DNA of 64,000 nt from the human T2T-CHM13v2.0 reference genome, Homo sapiens, in assembly GCF_009914755.1 (NCBI RefSeq), contig NC_060947.1. One strand, written 5' to 3'. Below are positions 29,601-44,143 of the stretch, one piece after another. Position numbers and translations under genes: made by a program. The notes beneath the pieces were generated by a model that was not told the DNA's origin, ran no database searches, and saw only the letters and a list, made by a program, of their open reading frames with translations. Position 1 is the stretch's first letter. Each line of letters starts with the position of its first letter.

Positions 29601-30100
29601 CCCCTGAGTGAGACCAGTTGGCTCCCTGGCTTCAAACCCCTTTCCAGGGGAGTGAATGGTTCTGTCTTGCTGGGGTTCCAGGTGCCACTGGGGTACAACA
29701 AAAAAAATCCTCCTTCTTCTAGTTTGGTGTCTGCCCAAACAGCCGCTCAGTTTTGTGCTTGAAACCTAGGTCCCTGGTGGTGTAGGCATATGAGGGAATC
29801 TCCTGATATGCAGATTGCAAAAACTGTGAGAAAAGTGTAGTATCCGGGTCGGATAGCACATTCCCTTGCGGCTTCCCTTGGCTGGGGGAGGGAGGTCCCC
29901 AGATCGTTGCATTTCTTGGGTGAGACGATGCCCCACCCTGCTTCCACTCTCCCTCTTTGGGCTGCACCCACTGCCTAACCAGTCCCAATGTGATGAGCAT
30001 GGTACTTCAGTTGGAAATGCAGAAATCACCTGCCTTCCTTGTTGGTCTCTCTGGGAGCTGCAGACCAGAGCTGTTCCTACTTGGCCATCTTCTCAAAGGC
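23660..30100 (-). mobile_element. Full-length (~6.4 kb) L1PA8-like LINE, both ORFs disrupted
   Basis: GC-rich 5'UTR ~28850-30100; ORF1 peptide 28454..28699; EN 27322..27600; RT 25683..26440; C-terminus 24061..24423; 3'UTR ggttttaagccccgcatgcatt. Confidence 0.93.
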
Positions 30101-31358
30101 CCTTATTTTTATATTTTTATGACTACTGCATGTTGGATGTTCTTTAGTACTCTATCTTCCAATTAATCAATTTACTCTTTGACCATGTCCAATTTTGTTT
30201 GTCTCATCTATTGCATTCTTTAAATTTCAGTGACATTTTGTATTCAACATTTTTAATTGCTTTTTTATTTCTATCTGTATTGCTTTCCTTGCATATATTT
30301 TATTATATTCACTCTTTGTTGCTTTGACTATACTGACCATACTTATTTTATTATCCAGGTGGCTGTATAACATTATTGTTTTCTTGAGTGAATTCATTAC
30401 CTAATTTTTCTTGTCATTAAATTTCTTCATGTATTTTTGGGATTTTGGTTTTCTGCCTGATTTGAATGGATAGTTTTGGTTCTCCACCTCTTGCCTACCT
30501 TTATTCATTAGCCTGTGTTGCCTCAACCCTTTCTAGAGGCTTTTTCGTTGCTTTCTCCCAGCACTCCAGGCTTCAATCCACTACCACATTTCAGAATGAA
30601 AGTTCTGAGTTACTGTCTCATGATGTTACAGAGAATACTACAGATCCAGTAGAATCAGTTACAATAGCTAGTGGGCTTGGCCCAAATTCTGGTCGCAAGG
30701 TTTCATCAGTGATGATCTTCTTTCCTAGACCTACAGTTTGCCAGGGTTTGGCAGCAATACTTTTTTAGCTTCTTTTCACAAGCAGAGGTAGTCCCTAGGA
30801 TGGGGCTAGAATGCCACTGAATTTTGGTCTCCTTTCTTCCCCCACCAATAAAAAAAAAATAAAAAATAAAAAATAAAACTCTGAACTATCAATTCCTGCT
30901 TGAAAATCCAGAGTCCAGCAATCCAATGGCTTAGTTTCACTCATTATTTTGCTTTTTTCTTGTCTAGTAAGATGCTTTTTTTCCTTATATTTGAGCTTGA
31001 TTTTTTTATGGTCTATCTATCTGTGTAATTTTATTCCTTATATATTTGGAGCAAAAAGAAGAGGGTTCCTAAAGTGTATTAAATCAGCATACCAAATTGA
31101 CCTGGCCATAATATGTGTTTAATATATGTATGTTGGTGTGACTTGTCCTGAGAATAGCAAAAAGCAGCTGAGATTATGTGAAACGTGTACTGGACCTAAA
31201 ATCCTGACTCTACTCTCTGTATTCTGTATGTTCCTGACATGCCATTTAATTCATATTGCAGAATAGATTCATTACATTAAGCTGTGCAAAACTTGACCCA
31301 GGATATAGCCATCTCCGCAAGGTTTTTATCTGATTTTATGTTTTCTTTTGTTTTGCAG

Positions 31359-31417
31359 ACAGTCTCCTTCCCCTTTCCAGGCACTTGAGGCTGAACCCTT
31401 GGAAAGAAAAACAAGCA
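31359..31417 (+). other. Candidate non-coding exon (possible FOXR2 5' leader exon)
   Basis: Strong acceptor ttttcttttgttttgcag (AG 31357-58), alternative ccctttccag (AG 31379-80), donor gca|gtaagt at 31418; unique sequence. Confidence 0.4.
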
Positions 31418-33047
31418 GTAAGTGACAATTAGCAAGGGGTTATTGCCTTTTAAAGCATCTCAGAACACTTGATAAAAAATATTCCAAATAAAAAGGTAAT
31501 TTTCTCCCACAAATTCAAAACTCTCGAAGCCTTGGAATAAAGTAAGACTCCAAATTTTGTTGGATTGAGGATTTTAGTTCAAATCGCAGCTCCTAAAGGA
31601 TTAAAATTCAATCTGAAGACTCCCAAGTAAGCTTTCCATGCATAGTTATTAAAATCAATCCTCTTTGTTTGTCACTATCATTTCTGTGTGATATATTCAA
31701 GTTTAAGAACCAGTGTTGCCCTTAGAATAACATAACATAATAAAAGTTTACATTTATGGAACACTATAATTGTCAAACACTAAACTTAGACCTTGATATA
31801 CACGATACATAAATTAATGATACACATTAAAGTATTTCTTTTGATATTCTCAATAACTCATTGAGGTAGGACTTTTTATTATCTTCATTTTACAGATGAA
31901 GAAGCTTAGTAAGGTGTGGCAGAAACAAGTTGGTGAGTCTATTAGCAATCACTTATTCCAATAGCCTACTTTAGTTTGCTACATGCACAGCTACTTCAAA
32001 TATAACATTTCCAGAATTGAACTATTTCATTTTTGGTGTGTGTGAGAATGCTGAGGAGTTCTCCAGAAACTCGAAAAGTTAATCTGATTGCTAAAGAGAA
32101 AAGCTAAAGAAAATAGTGTTAACATAATAAATCCTTTCATAGATTCTTGGGTGTCCAGTGGCTTTTGTACATGGATATAAATACTTACTACTACTTGTTC
32201 TTTGCCTACTGCTCAATTTTATGAAATTCAAATAACTTATAAACAAAGATTTTAAAACTAATTTTTATTGACCATCTAAACATTGGTTACCAATTTGATG
32301 AATTAAATTTCCTAAAAGTTTTAAACTGCAATTACAAATTTGACGTGGCCTTTTCTGAAACACTTCAAACAGCTTGACTAGTATATGAAATCTACACAGA
32401 TAAAATGATTAAAAATATATCCATGCACTTACATTTAAAGTTACTCTAAAATATGAACACCACAGGTTTAATTTATTTCTTCTTTATTTCCAGCCTTGCA
32501 TATTTTTCTTCCTTGGGCTAACTTATTTTATCTTCCCAGGATTTTAGTAATTTTATTCCTTTTTACATTTTCCTAGGGTTTCAATAATCTTAGCCAACTG
32601 AGAGGAAAAGAGAAATACCATTTCAGACATGCCAAGGTAACAGAATACAGGTTACCGAGTAAATTGATTCTTGGGGCAAGGGGATCATAAGACATGATTG
32701 GGTAGTTCAAAATGATTTAACCATAAGGTATTGGCTGAAGTCCTTTTGATAACAATTTTTAATTTATTATCTCATGGTACTAATTCCCTGTCTGTCACAC
32801 AGAGGTTTTGTTTTGTTTGTTTGTTTGTTTTTTCTTTTTTTGTTTGTTTGTTTTTGCAACTTGTCTTTAACAAAAATGAAGCATTCTTTAATTTATACAT
32901 GTTTGGTAGTATCCATTATCCTGTCCTGTCTTCTTGCCATATTTACCTAATCTAAGGTTTATGTATTCCTTATTAATATTTTGTTATAATTATTAGGACT
33001 TTTGAAAGGATTCATTTTTTAGAAGGTAAGGGATTGAGTTTTCTTAG

Positions 33048-33363
<316 letters not shown>

Positions 33364-34841
33364 TAGTTCCTTTCTTTAAATCATGTTGTTAATAATCTTG
33401 CAACACCCTATTGGACCTATTTCTACGTGATTATTACTTGTGACCATCAGTATTAATCTGTCTTACTAGTTCTTGGTATACATGGCGGCTGGTCTTTGTG
33501 TGAATTAGAATAAAGATGTCCTGTCTAGGAGGATACAGTTTAGCCACATGGTGACTGAATGGCTCCTCTGAGTGAATTAAAAAGAGATACCACTTTGGGA
33601 TTGACACAGCCCCAGAACCAGAGTACATGGTTTGGAAAACAGAGCTCAGGCTGAATTTCATGCTATCTGGTTGGGCACTGTATTAGTCAGGGTTCTCTAG
33701 AGGGACAGAACTAATAGGAGATATATATATATATATAAAGGATATATATATATGGATATATATGGATATATATATAAAGGACATATATATGGATATATAT
33801 ATATAAAGGACATATATATGGATATATAAAGGATATATATACGGATATATATATAAAGGATATGTATACGGATATATATATAAAGGATATATATACGGAT
33901 ATATATATAAAGGATATATATACGGATATATATATAAAGGATATATATACGGATATATATATAAAGGATATATATACGGATATATATATAAAGGATATAT
34001 ATACGGATATATATATAAAGGATATATATACGGATATATATATAAAGGATATATATACGGATATATATATAAAGGATATATATACGGATATATATATAAA
34101 AGAATATATGGATATATATATGGATATATATATGGATAATATATGGATATATATATGGATATATATACGGCGATATATACGTGGAGATATATACGGAGAT
34201 ATATACGTGAAGATATATACATGGAGATATATACGTGAAGATATATACATGGAGATATATACGTGGAGATATATATACGGAGAAATATATATGGAGATAT
34301 ATATACGGAGATATATATACGGAGATATATATGGAGATATAAATACGGAGATATATATATGGAGATATATATACGGAGAGATATATATGGAGATATATAT
34401 ACGGAGAGATATATATGGAGATATATATATGGAGATATATATTATGGAGATATATATATGGAGATATATATTATGGAGATATATATGGAGATATATATTA
34501 TGAAGATATATATATAAAGGATATATGTGGAGATATATATATAAAGGATATATATATGTGGAGATATATATAAAGGATATATATGTGGAGATATATATAT
34601 AAAGGATATATATATGTGGAGATATATATATAAAGGATATGTATATGTGGAGATATATATATAAAGGATATATATGTGGAGATATATATATATAAAGGGT
34701 ATATATATGTGGAGATATATATATAAAGGATATATATATGTGGATTTATATATATAAAGGATATATATATGTGGATTTATATACATAAAGGATATACATA
34801 TGTGGATTTATATATATAAAGGATATATATATGTGGATTTA

Positions 34842-36656
<1,815 letters not shown>

Positions 36657-37557
36657 TTATAAATGTGGATATATCTATATAAAGGATAAATATAAATGTG
36701 GATATATATATAAAGGAGAAATATAAATATGGATTATATATATAAAGGATAAATATAAATACGGATATATATATAAAGGATAAATATATATATGGATATA
36801 TATAAAGGATATATATGTATATATATAAAGGATATATATGTATATGGATATATATATATAAAGGATATATATGGATATGGGTATTATATATAAAGGATAT
36901 ATATGGATGTATATATAAAGGATACATATATGGATATATATATAAAGGATATATATATAAAGCATATATATATGGATTATTTATAAAGCATATATATATG
37001 CATATATATAAAGGATATATATATGGATACATATATATAAAGGATATATAGATATATATAAAGGATATATATATAAAGGATATATATAATATATATACAT
37101 ATATAAAAGATATATATGTATATGATATATATAAAAGATATATATGTATATGGATATATATAAAAGATATATATGTATATGGATATATATATAAAGGATA
37201 TATATGTTTATGGATATATATAAAGGTTATATATGGATATGTATATAAAGGAGATATATATATTGATAGATATATAAAGGATATATATATGGATAGATAT
37301 ATAAAGGATATATATATATAAAGGACATATATATATCCTTTATATCCTTTATATATATAAATATATATCCTTTATATATTCTTTTTATATATATATCCTT
37401 TATGTATATATTCTTTATATATATCCTTTATATATATATCCTTTATATATGTGTATATATATCCTTTATATATATATCCTTTATATATATATCCTTTATA
37501 TATGTACATATATATCCTTTATATATGTATATATATGTCCTTTATATACATATATAG

Positions 37558-37716
37558 AGCTCCAGAGCGAGGAATGATGCCAGCAGGAAACAATAACAAA
37601 TCCATTCAACTGGAAGTTAAGATTGCCACCTGGACACTTTGGGCTCCTCCTATCTTTAAGTCAACAGGCTAAGAAGGGAGTTACAGTGTTGGCTGGGGTG
37701 ACAGAGCTGGACTATC
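37558..37716 (+). mobile_element. 159 bp inverted copy of the HERV-L dUTPase region embedded in the TA array
   Basis: Reverse complement of 38955-39115, including a 71 nt exact run. Confidence 0.93.
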
Positions 37717-38323
37717 CTATATATATGTATCCTTTTATATATATATATCCTTTATATATATATATATATCCTTTATGTATATATCCTTTATATGTATGTA
37801 TATCCTTTATATATATATCCTTTATATATATATATCCTTTATATATATATCCTTTATATATATATCCTTTATATATATATAATATATATCTTTTATATAT
37901 ATAATATATATCCTTTATATATATATAATATATATATATGGAAATTTATTATTTACTCAGATGATCACAAGGTCCCACAATAGGCCATCTGCAAGCTGAG
38001 GGGTAAGGAGAGCCAGACGGAGTCCGAGAATTGAAGAACTTGGAGTCTGATGTTCAAGGGCAGGAAGCATCCAGCATGGGAGAAAGATGTAGGCTGGGAG
38101 GCTAAGCCAGTCTAGTCTTTTTATGTTTTTCTGCCTGCTTTATATTCTAGCTGAGCTGGCAGCTGATTAGATGGTGCCCACCCAGATTAAGGGTAGGTCT
38201 GTCTTTCCCAGCCCACTGACTCAAATGTTAACCTCCTTTGTCAACACCCTCACAGGCACACCCAGGATCAGTACTTTGCATCCTTCAGTCCAATCAAGTT
38301 GATACTCAGTTTTAACCATCACA

Positions 38324-41300
38324 AGTCCACCCTTTGTCAACTTGAGCCCATACACATCTCCTGAGATCATACATAATCTTCAAATAAAAACAAAATAAGG
38401 TCATAATTATGACTAACATAATACCACTATCCTTTGTACACCTGAAAAGGCACCAATCCCCAACCCAAACACTATTACATAACGTTAACAATACTTAAAT
38501 GCTGATATGAAGTCAATAAATCTTATGTCACATGAGAAAGGAAAAAGGAAATAAAATTAAGATATTTTCTTAGTACAAGTGTATACATGCACAAACATGT
38601 TTTTAACAAAAGAAGGAGGAAATACCCATGACAATTACAGTCCTCATTTCTGCAGCTGGTCATGTGGTCATAGCTGGTACTGATGACTACCTCCTTCTAC
38701 TACCCATTCTTTATTCCCTTTACCTTTAGCAAGCACCTCAGCAGGTCATGGGTTTTTTTCCTGGTGGAGTGACCCAAACCTTCATTCCCGAAGGTCTGGG
38801 CCATTTATAGTCCTGCCTGGATTTGGCTGTTGTTGTTTCCCATTGACCTTAATCATGGGGCATAGTAATGCTAAGAGATGCCCTAATGGATCTCTTGTAT
38901 TCCATACATACACTTCCTTACCTCCGTTGTGGAGTAAAAGACTGATTTCATCTTGATAGTCCGGGTCTGTCACCCCAACCAACACTGTAACTCCCTTCTT
39001 ATCCTGTTGACTTAAAGATAGGAGGAGCCCAAAGTGTCCAGGTGGCAATCTTAACTTCCAGTTGAATGGATTTAATGTTGTGTCTCCTGGTGGCATTGTT
39101 CCTCCCTCTGGAGCTAAGACCTCTAGACCAGCAGAATGTAATGTCGTGGGAACAGGAAGAAAAAATTTTGCTAGTGGATTACTAGGTGTCATGGTAAGTG
39201 GTGCCACTTCTGCTTCCACCACTTGATTCCTGGACCCATGAATCCTGGCTGTGGGAGAAACTATCATATATTGGACACTGATTCAGAGTATACACGGCCT
39301 TCTGGAGAACTTTGCTGCAGGCTTGCAAAGTATTGTCACCTAGTTGGCATTGTAATTGTGACTTCAAAAGGCCATTCCACCATTCCATCAATCCAGCTGC
39401 TTCAGGATGATGAGGAACATGGTAAGGCCAGTGAATTCCATGAGCATGAGCCCACTGCTGCACTTCTTTAGCCGTAAAGTGAGTGCCTCGGTCAGAGGCA
39501 GTGCTGTGTGGAATACCATGATGGTGAATAAGGCATTCTGTGAGCCCACGGATGGTAGTCTTGGCAGAAGCATTGGGTGCAGGATAGGAAAACCCATATC
39601 TGGAGTAAGTGTTTATTTCAGTGAGGACAAATCTCTGCCGTTTCCATGATGGAAGAAGTCCGATATAATCAACCTGCCACCAGATAACTGGCTGATCACC
39701 CCAAAGAATGATGCCATATTGAGGGTTCACTGTTGGTTTCTGCTGCTGGCAAATTGGGCACTCAGCAGTGGCAGTAGCCAGGTCAGCCATGGTGAGTGGA
39801 AATTCATATTGCTGAGCCCATGCGTAACCTCCATCCCTGCCACCACGGCCACATTGTTCATAGGCTCATTGGGCGATGACAGGGGTGGCTGGGGAAAGAG
39901 GCTGAGTGGTGTCCACAGAACGGGTCATCCTAGTCACTTGATTGTTAAAATCCTCCTTTGCTGAGGTCACCTGTTGTTGAGCACTCACATGGGATACAAA
40001 TATCTTCACAGTTTTTGACCACTCAGGTCCATCCACATACCTCTTCTCCAAATTTTTTGTCACCAATTTTCCAGTCATGCTTCTTCCAACTCCCTGACCA
40101 TCCAGCCAAACCATTGGTACACCCCATGAATCAGTGTATAATCCCACATCTGGCCATTTCTCCTTCCATGCAAAGTGCACAACCAGTTACACTGCTCGAA
40201 GTTCTGCCTACTGTGAAGATTTCCCTTCACCAGTGTTCTTCAGGGATGTCCTAGAAAGTGGCTGTAGTGCTGCAGCTGTCCACTTTCAGGTGGTTCCTGC
40301 ATATCATGCAGAACCATCTATGAACCAGGTTCTAGTCTTCTCTTCCTGTGTCAACTGATCATAGGGAACTCTCCTTGAGGCCATTGGTGCAGGCTTGGGG
40401 AGAGAAGGCAGGGTGGCAGGAGTGGAGACCATGGGCATTTGAACCACTTCCTCATGTAACTTACTTGTGCCTTCAGGATCTGCTCAAGCCCAATCACGAA
40501 TATACTTCTTCCATTTGATGATGGAATGCTGCTGTGTACAACCCACTTTATGGCTAGATGGGACAGAAAGCACCCAGTTAATGATAGGCAGTTCAGATCA
40601 CATGGTGACTTGATGACCCAGAGTCAAATGTTCACTTTCCACCAAAGCCCAGTAACAGGTCAAAAGGAGAGTAGTTATCTACAGAAGATGGCAGGGCCTT
40701 GCTCCAAAATCCTAGTGGCTTCCACTGTGATTCATCTATGGGGGCCTGCCAATGGCTCCAAACAGCATCCCTGTCTGCCACTGACACCTCAAGCACCATT
40801 GGATCTGCTGGGTCCTATGGCCCAAGTGGCAGAGCAGCTTGCACAGCAGCCTAGACCTGTTGCAGAGCCTTCTCCTATTCTGCATCCCACTCAAAACTGG
40901 AAGCCTTTTGGGTCACTGGATAAATGAGCTGGAGTAACACACCCAAATGAGGAATGTGTTGCCTCCAAAATCCAAAGAGGCTCACTAGGCGCTGCGCTTC
41001 TTCTTGGTTGTAGGAGGGGCCAAATGCAGCTACTTATCCTTCACCTTAGAAGGAATATCTCGACAGGTCCCATACCACTGGACTCCTAGAAATTTTACTG
41101 AGACAGAAGGTCCCTGAATTTTAGTCAGATTTATTTCTCATACTCTAGCACTCCAAAGTCTCACCAATAAGTCCACTGTGTTTGCTACTTCTTGCCCACT
41201 GGATCTAATCAGCATAATGTCATCAATGTAATGGACCAGTGTGATATCTTGCGGAAGTGAAAAGTGGTGATCAAGGTCTCTTCAAGTAAGATTATGACAC

Positions 41301-42367
41301 AAAGCCAGAAAGTCAATATACCCCTGAGGTACGACAGTAAAGGTATATTTCTGGCCTTGCCAGCTGAAGGCATATTGCTTCTGGTAGGCCTTATGGACAG
41401 GAATGGAGAAAAAAGCATTTGTCAAGTCAGTGGCCGCATACCAGGTACCAGGAGATGTGTTAATTTGCTCAACCAATGAAACCACGTCTGGTACAGCAGC
41501 TTCGATTGGAGTCACCGCTTGGTTAAGCCTACTATTATCCACTGTCACTCTCCAAGATCAATCTGTCTTCTGCACAAAACAAATGGGAGAGTTGAATGGG
41601 GATGTGGTGGGAATCACCACTCCTGTGTCTTTCAAGTCCTTGATGGTGGCACTAATGTCCACAATCCCTCCAGGGATGCGATATTGTTTTTGGTTTACTA
41701 TTTTTCTAGGTAGAGGCAGCTCTAATGGCTTCCATTTGGCCTTTCCCACCATAATACCCCTCACCCTACCAGTCAGGGAGCCAATGTAGGGGTTTTGCCA
41801 GCTGCTAAGTATGTGTATACCAATTATACACTCTGGCACTGGGGAAATGACCACAGGATGAGTCCGGGAACCCACTGGACCCACTGTAAATCGGACCTGA
41901 GCTAAAACTCCATTAATTACCTGACATCCATAAGCCCCTACTTTAACTGGAAGACCACAATGACGTTTTCGGTCCCACAAAATCAATGTCAGCTCAGAGC
42001 CAGTTTCCAGTAGTCCCCAAAATGTCTGATCATTTCCGTTTCTTCAATGCAGTTACCCTGGTAAAAGGCCGGAGGTCTCCTTGCGGAAGGATGGGAGAAA
42101 GATTAACAGCATAAATTGTCAGTAGTGTAATGGGGTCCTTCCTCAAGGGGACTCGGCCTCCTCTTCATTCAAGGGGTTCGGGTCTGTAAACTGGCTCAAG
42201 TCTAGAAATTGATTGAGAGGCCGTGATTTTCTGTTTTCATAATTCAAATTAGTCTTTTGTCCATTCGACCTAGAAGTTTTCTGCTTATATAAATTAAGTA
42301 GGAATGCAGTAGGCTTCCTATCAATTTCACTTCTAGAACACCATGATTAATTAGCCAATGCCAGAGC
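38324..42367 (-). pseudogene. HERV-L internal region: gag end, pro/RT/RNase H, integrase and dUTPase, frameshifted
   Basis: RT motifs TDLTNAFFSIP (ORF 41282..41548) and HYIDDIML (~41210-41233); integrase CPIC...WQVDYIG...SDRGTHF (39182..39790); dUTPase SAGLEV...GHFGLL...GVTDPDY (38782..39267). Confidence 0.93.
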
Positions 42368-42399
42368 GCTCTCTATCTGTCTCCCCACCTCTCTGTCTC

Positions 42400-42401
42400 G
42401 C

Positions 42402-42449
<48 letters not shown>

Positions 42450-42839
42450 AAGGGGAGTTTACTAAGTATTAATTCACACTATCACAAGCCCCACAATAGG
42501 CCATCTGCAAGCTGAGGAGCAAGGAGAGCCAGACCGAGTCCCAAAACTGAAGAACTTGGAGTCTGATGTTCTAGGGCAGGAAGCATCCAGCATGGGAGAA
42601 AGATGTAGGCTGGAAGATTGGGTCAGTCTAGTCTTTTTATGTTTTTCTGCCTGCTTTATATTCTAGCCACACTGGCAGCTGATTAGATGGTGCCCTCCCA
42701 GATTAAGGGTGGGTCTGCCTTTCCCAGCCCACTGACTCAAATGTTAATCTCCTTTGTCAGCACCCTCACAGATACACCCAGGATCAATAATTTGCATCCT
42801 TCAATCCAATTAAGTTGACATTCAGTATTAACCATCACA
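42400..42839 (-). mobile_element. MLT2A 5' LTR with (CA)n tract, missing its terminal ~40 bp
   Basis: Colinear with 37940-38323; (CA)n at ~42409-42447; joins gag sequence directly. Confidence 0.93.
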
Positions 42840-43106
42840 GGCACCCTTGGGCTGCATGCAACCTATACAACTATACACAGCAGCCATTGGTATTGTACCT
42901 GTTTTTCTGGAACCACATATAGCTTACTCATCGTTTTTCCTGTATTCTTTCCTGATTGCCCATTGATGGAAACAAGTACATATCTATGCTTTACAAAAGA
43001 CATATACTTAAAATGAAAAAAGTACCCATGAATATTTAGCAGTTTCGTATATAAAAGCAACAAATCTTAAATATCCTATGGCATTTTTTTTTTTTTCATT
43101 ACAAGT

Positions 43107-43412
43107 ACCTTTTTTTCTTTTTTTTATAAGAGAAAAGGTCTTATTCCACTGACCAGGCTGGAGTGTAGTGGTGCCATCACAGCTCACTGCAGCGTTGAAC
43201 TCTTGGGCTGAAGCAATCTTCGCACCTCAGGATTCTGAGTAGCTAGAACTACAGGCGCATGCCATCATGCACAGCTGATTTTTTAAAAAATTACAGAGGC
43301 AGAGTCTCACTCTGTTGCCCAGGCTGGTCTCAAACATTTGGCTCCAAGCAATCCTCCTGCCTTGGCCTCTCAAAGCACTGGAATTACAGGCATGAGCCAC
43401 TGCACCCAGCCC
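43107..43412 (-). mobile_element. AluJ
   Basis: Antisense Alu; TSD-like acaagtaccttttt/acaactaccttttt. Confidence 0.9.
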
Positions 43413-43766
43413 ACAACTACCTTTTTTACTTTTAGGAGTATCATCATGTACTTACAGCATTTAACAGACTAAAATAGTTTCAATTAATCATAGCATATGT
43501 GGTAAAATAAAAAGTTACAATTTGGTAATGAGAGCCCCTTTAAGGTGACTTTTCATCCTTTCAACACTGCTCCTGACATTCTTGAAAGAATTTTTATTGT
43601 AACAAGAGTCTTTATTAATATTGCTGACTTTTTTCTGCCCAAAAATGTGTATCAGCTACCCTCCTTATCAGTCCTTTGAGTGGGGACCAAAATCTGGGCA
43701 CAGGAATGCTTTTGAAAATTGAAGGCAGGTAACAGCACTGCTTCTACTGCTGCTCCTGTTGTTGGG

Positions 43767-44143
43767 TGTATTAGTCCGTTCTCACACTGCTATAAAGAAC
43801 TACCTGAGATTGGATAACTTATAAAGAAAAGAGGTTTAGTTGATTCACAGTTCCACAGGCTGTACAGGAGGCATGGCTGGGGAGGCCTCAGGAAACTTAC
43901 AATTATGGCAGAAGGTGAAGGGCAAGCCAGCACATCTTCACATGACAGCAGGAGAGAGAGAGAGCAAAGGGGGAAGTGCTACACACTTTCAAAAAAACAT
44001 CTTGTGAGAACTCAATATCATGAGAACAGCAAGGGAGAAATTCATCCCCATTATACAATCACCTCCCACCATGTCCTTCCTCCAACATTGGGGATTACAA
44101 TTCAACATGAGATTTAGGTGGGGGACAGAGCCAAATCATACCA
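43767..44143 (-). mobile_element. MSTA/MSTB MaLR solo LTR
   Basis: tgtattagtccgttctcacactgc...ccaaatcatacca; exact TSD ttggg. Confidence 0.9.

Noticed and set aside
33830-34100. Regular 27 bp repeats resembling a CRISPR array
   Set aside because: No unique spacers, no cas genes, primate DNA.
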